From contig NC_045719.1 of assembly GCF_009834535.1 (NCBI RefSeq), positions 19,530,001 to 19,594,000 of the forward strand: DNA of 64,000 nt. Direction: 5' to 3'. The notes under the pieces are model-generated. The model searched no databases and was not told the origin of the DNA. It worked only from the letters and a program-made list of their open reading frames with translations. This DNA is from Camelus ferus. Taxonomy: Eukaryota. This document shows, one piece after another, positions 63,448 to 64,000 of the stretch (within the stretch, counting starts at the first letter, position 1; every line of letters begins with the position of its first letter). A program made the position numbers and the translations under genes.

Positions 63448-64000
63448 AAAGACCAATGATTACCAACATTTCACATCATACAGCATCTTCTGTATGAACC
63501 GTATGAAACCAAATGGAGAGAATATATATTTGCACCCCAGGTAGAGGAGCCTAGTATGACTGCAGATGTCTTTGGAGAAAGAATTAGCTTCTCTGTTCAT
63601 TCAGCCATTGAGTTCTCTTGGGGGAATTACAACATGTACAACTGTACATGGCATGCTGGGCATGGGAGGAGAACATCAAATAAAATTGAAAGTTGTTTTC
63701 TATACTTCCAGAATTTATGAGTCCTAGAAACCCAGCCTTTCGTCTAGAATAATATGTAGCCAAAATGAAGCTTTAAGAATATGCCAGAATGATTAAGTCA
63801 TATGTTAAGTGAAAAAGCAAGCTCTAACATTGCCATTCTAACGAAGCCTGGTATGTGCATATGGGTTGACAATCTGTCACTGCTTTTCCTCCTGACCACC
63901 TTTCCTAGGACTTCTGGAGCCTAGGTTGCTGCTGGAAGGATCTTCTAGTCTGCCTGACTTTGCATCTGAGAATGTTAATTTAGGCTCGTCGATAGGACAA

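Overview
Mammalian genomic DNA that is AT-rich and almost entirely intronic or intergenic. It is most likely camelid, inferred from two Vic-1-like tRNA-derived SINEs and camelid-type L1 3' ends. No complete protein-coding gene, RNA gene, CpG island or CRISPR array is visible, and nearly all ORFs in the track look like chance or repeat-derived frames. The window holds ancient L2/MIR/L1M/MaLR/MER5 fossils, a few younger insertions (2 SINEs, 4 L1 pieces, 1 ERV1-type solo LTR), microsatellites and five N-gap regions. Best non-repeat signals: (i) a well-formed 91-nt candidate exon at 50768-50858 whose gene I cannot name; (ii) a weaker cluster of small candidate exons at about 24.0-24.65 kb; (iii) several repeat-free, motif-dense, enhancer-like blocks; (iv) two structurally atypical L1 insertions. 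I found no convincing evidence of a novel biological system; the findings are leads. Repeat family names come from recalled consensus sequences, and boundaries of old repeats are approximate.
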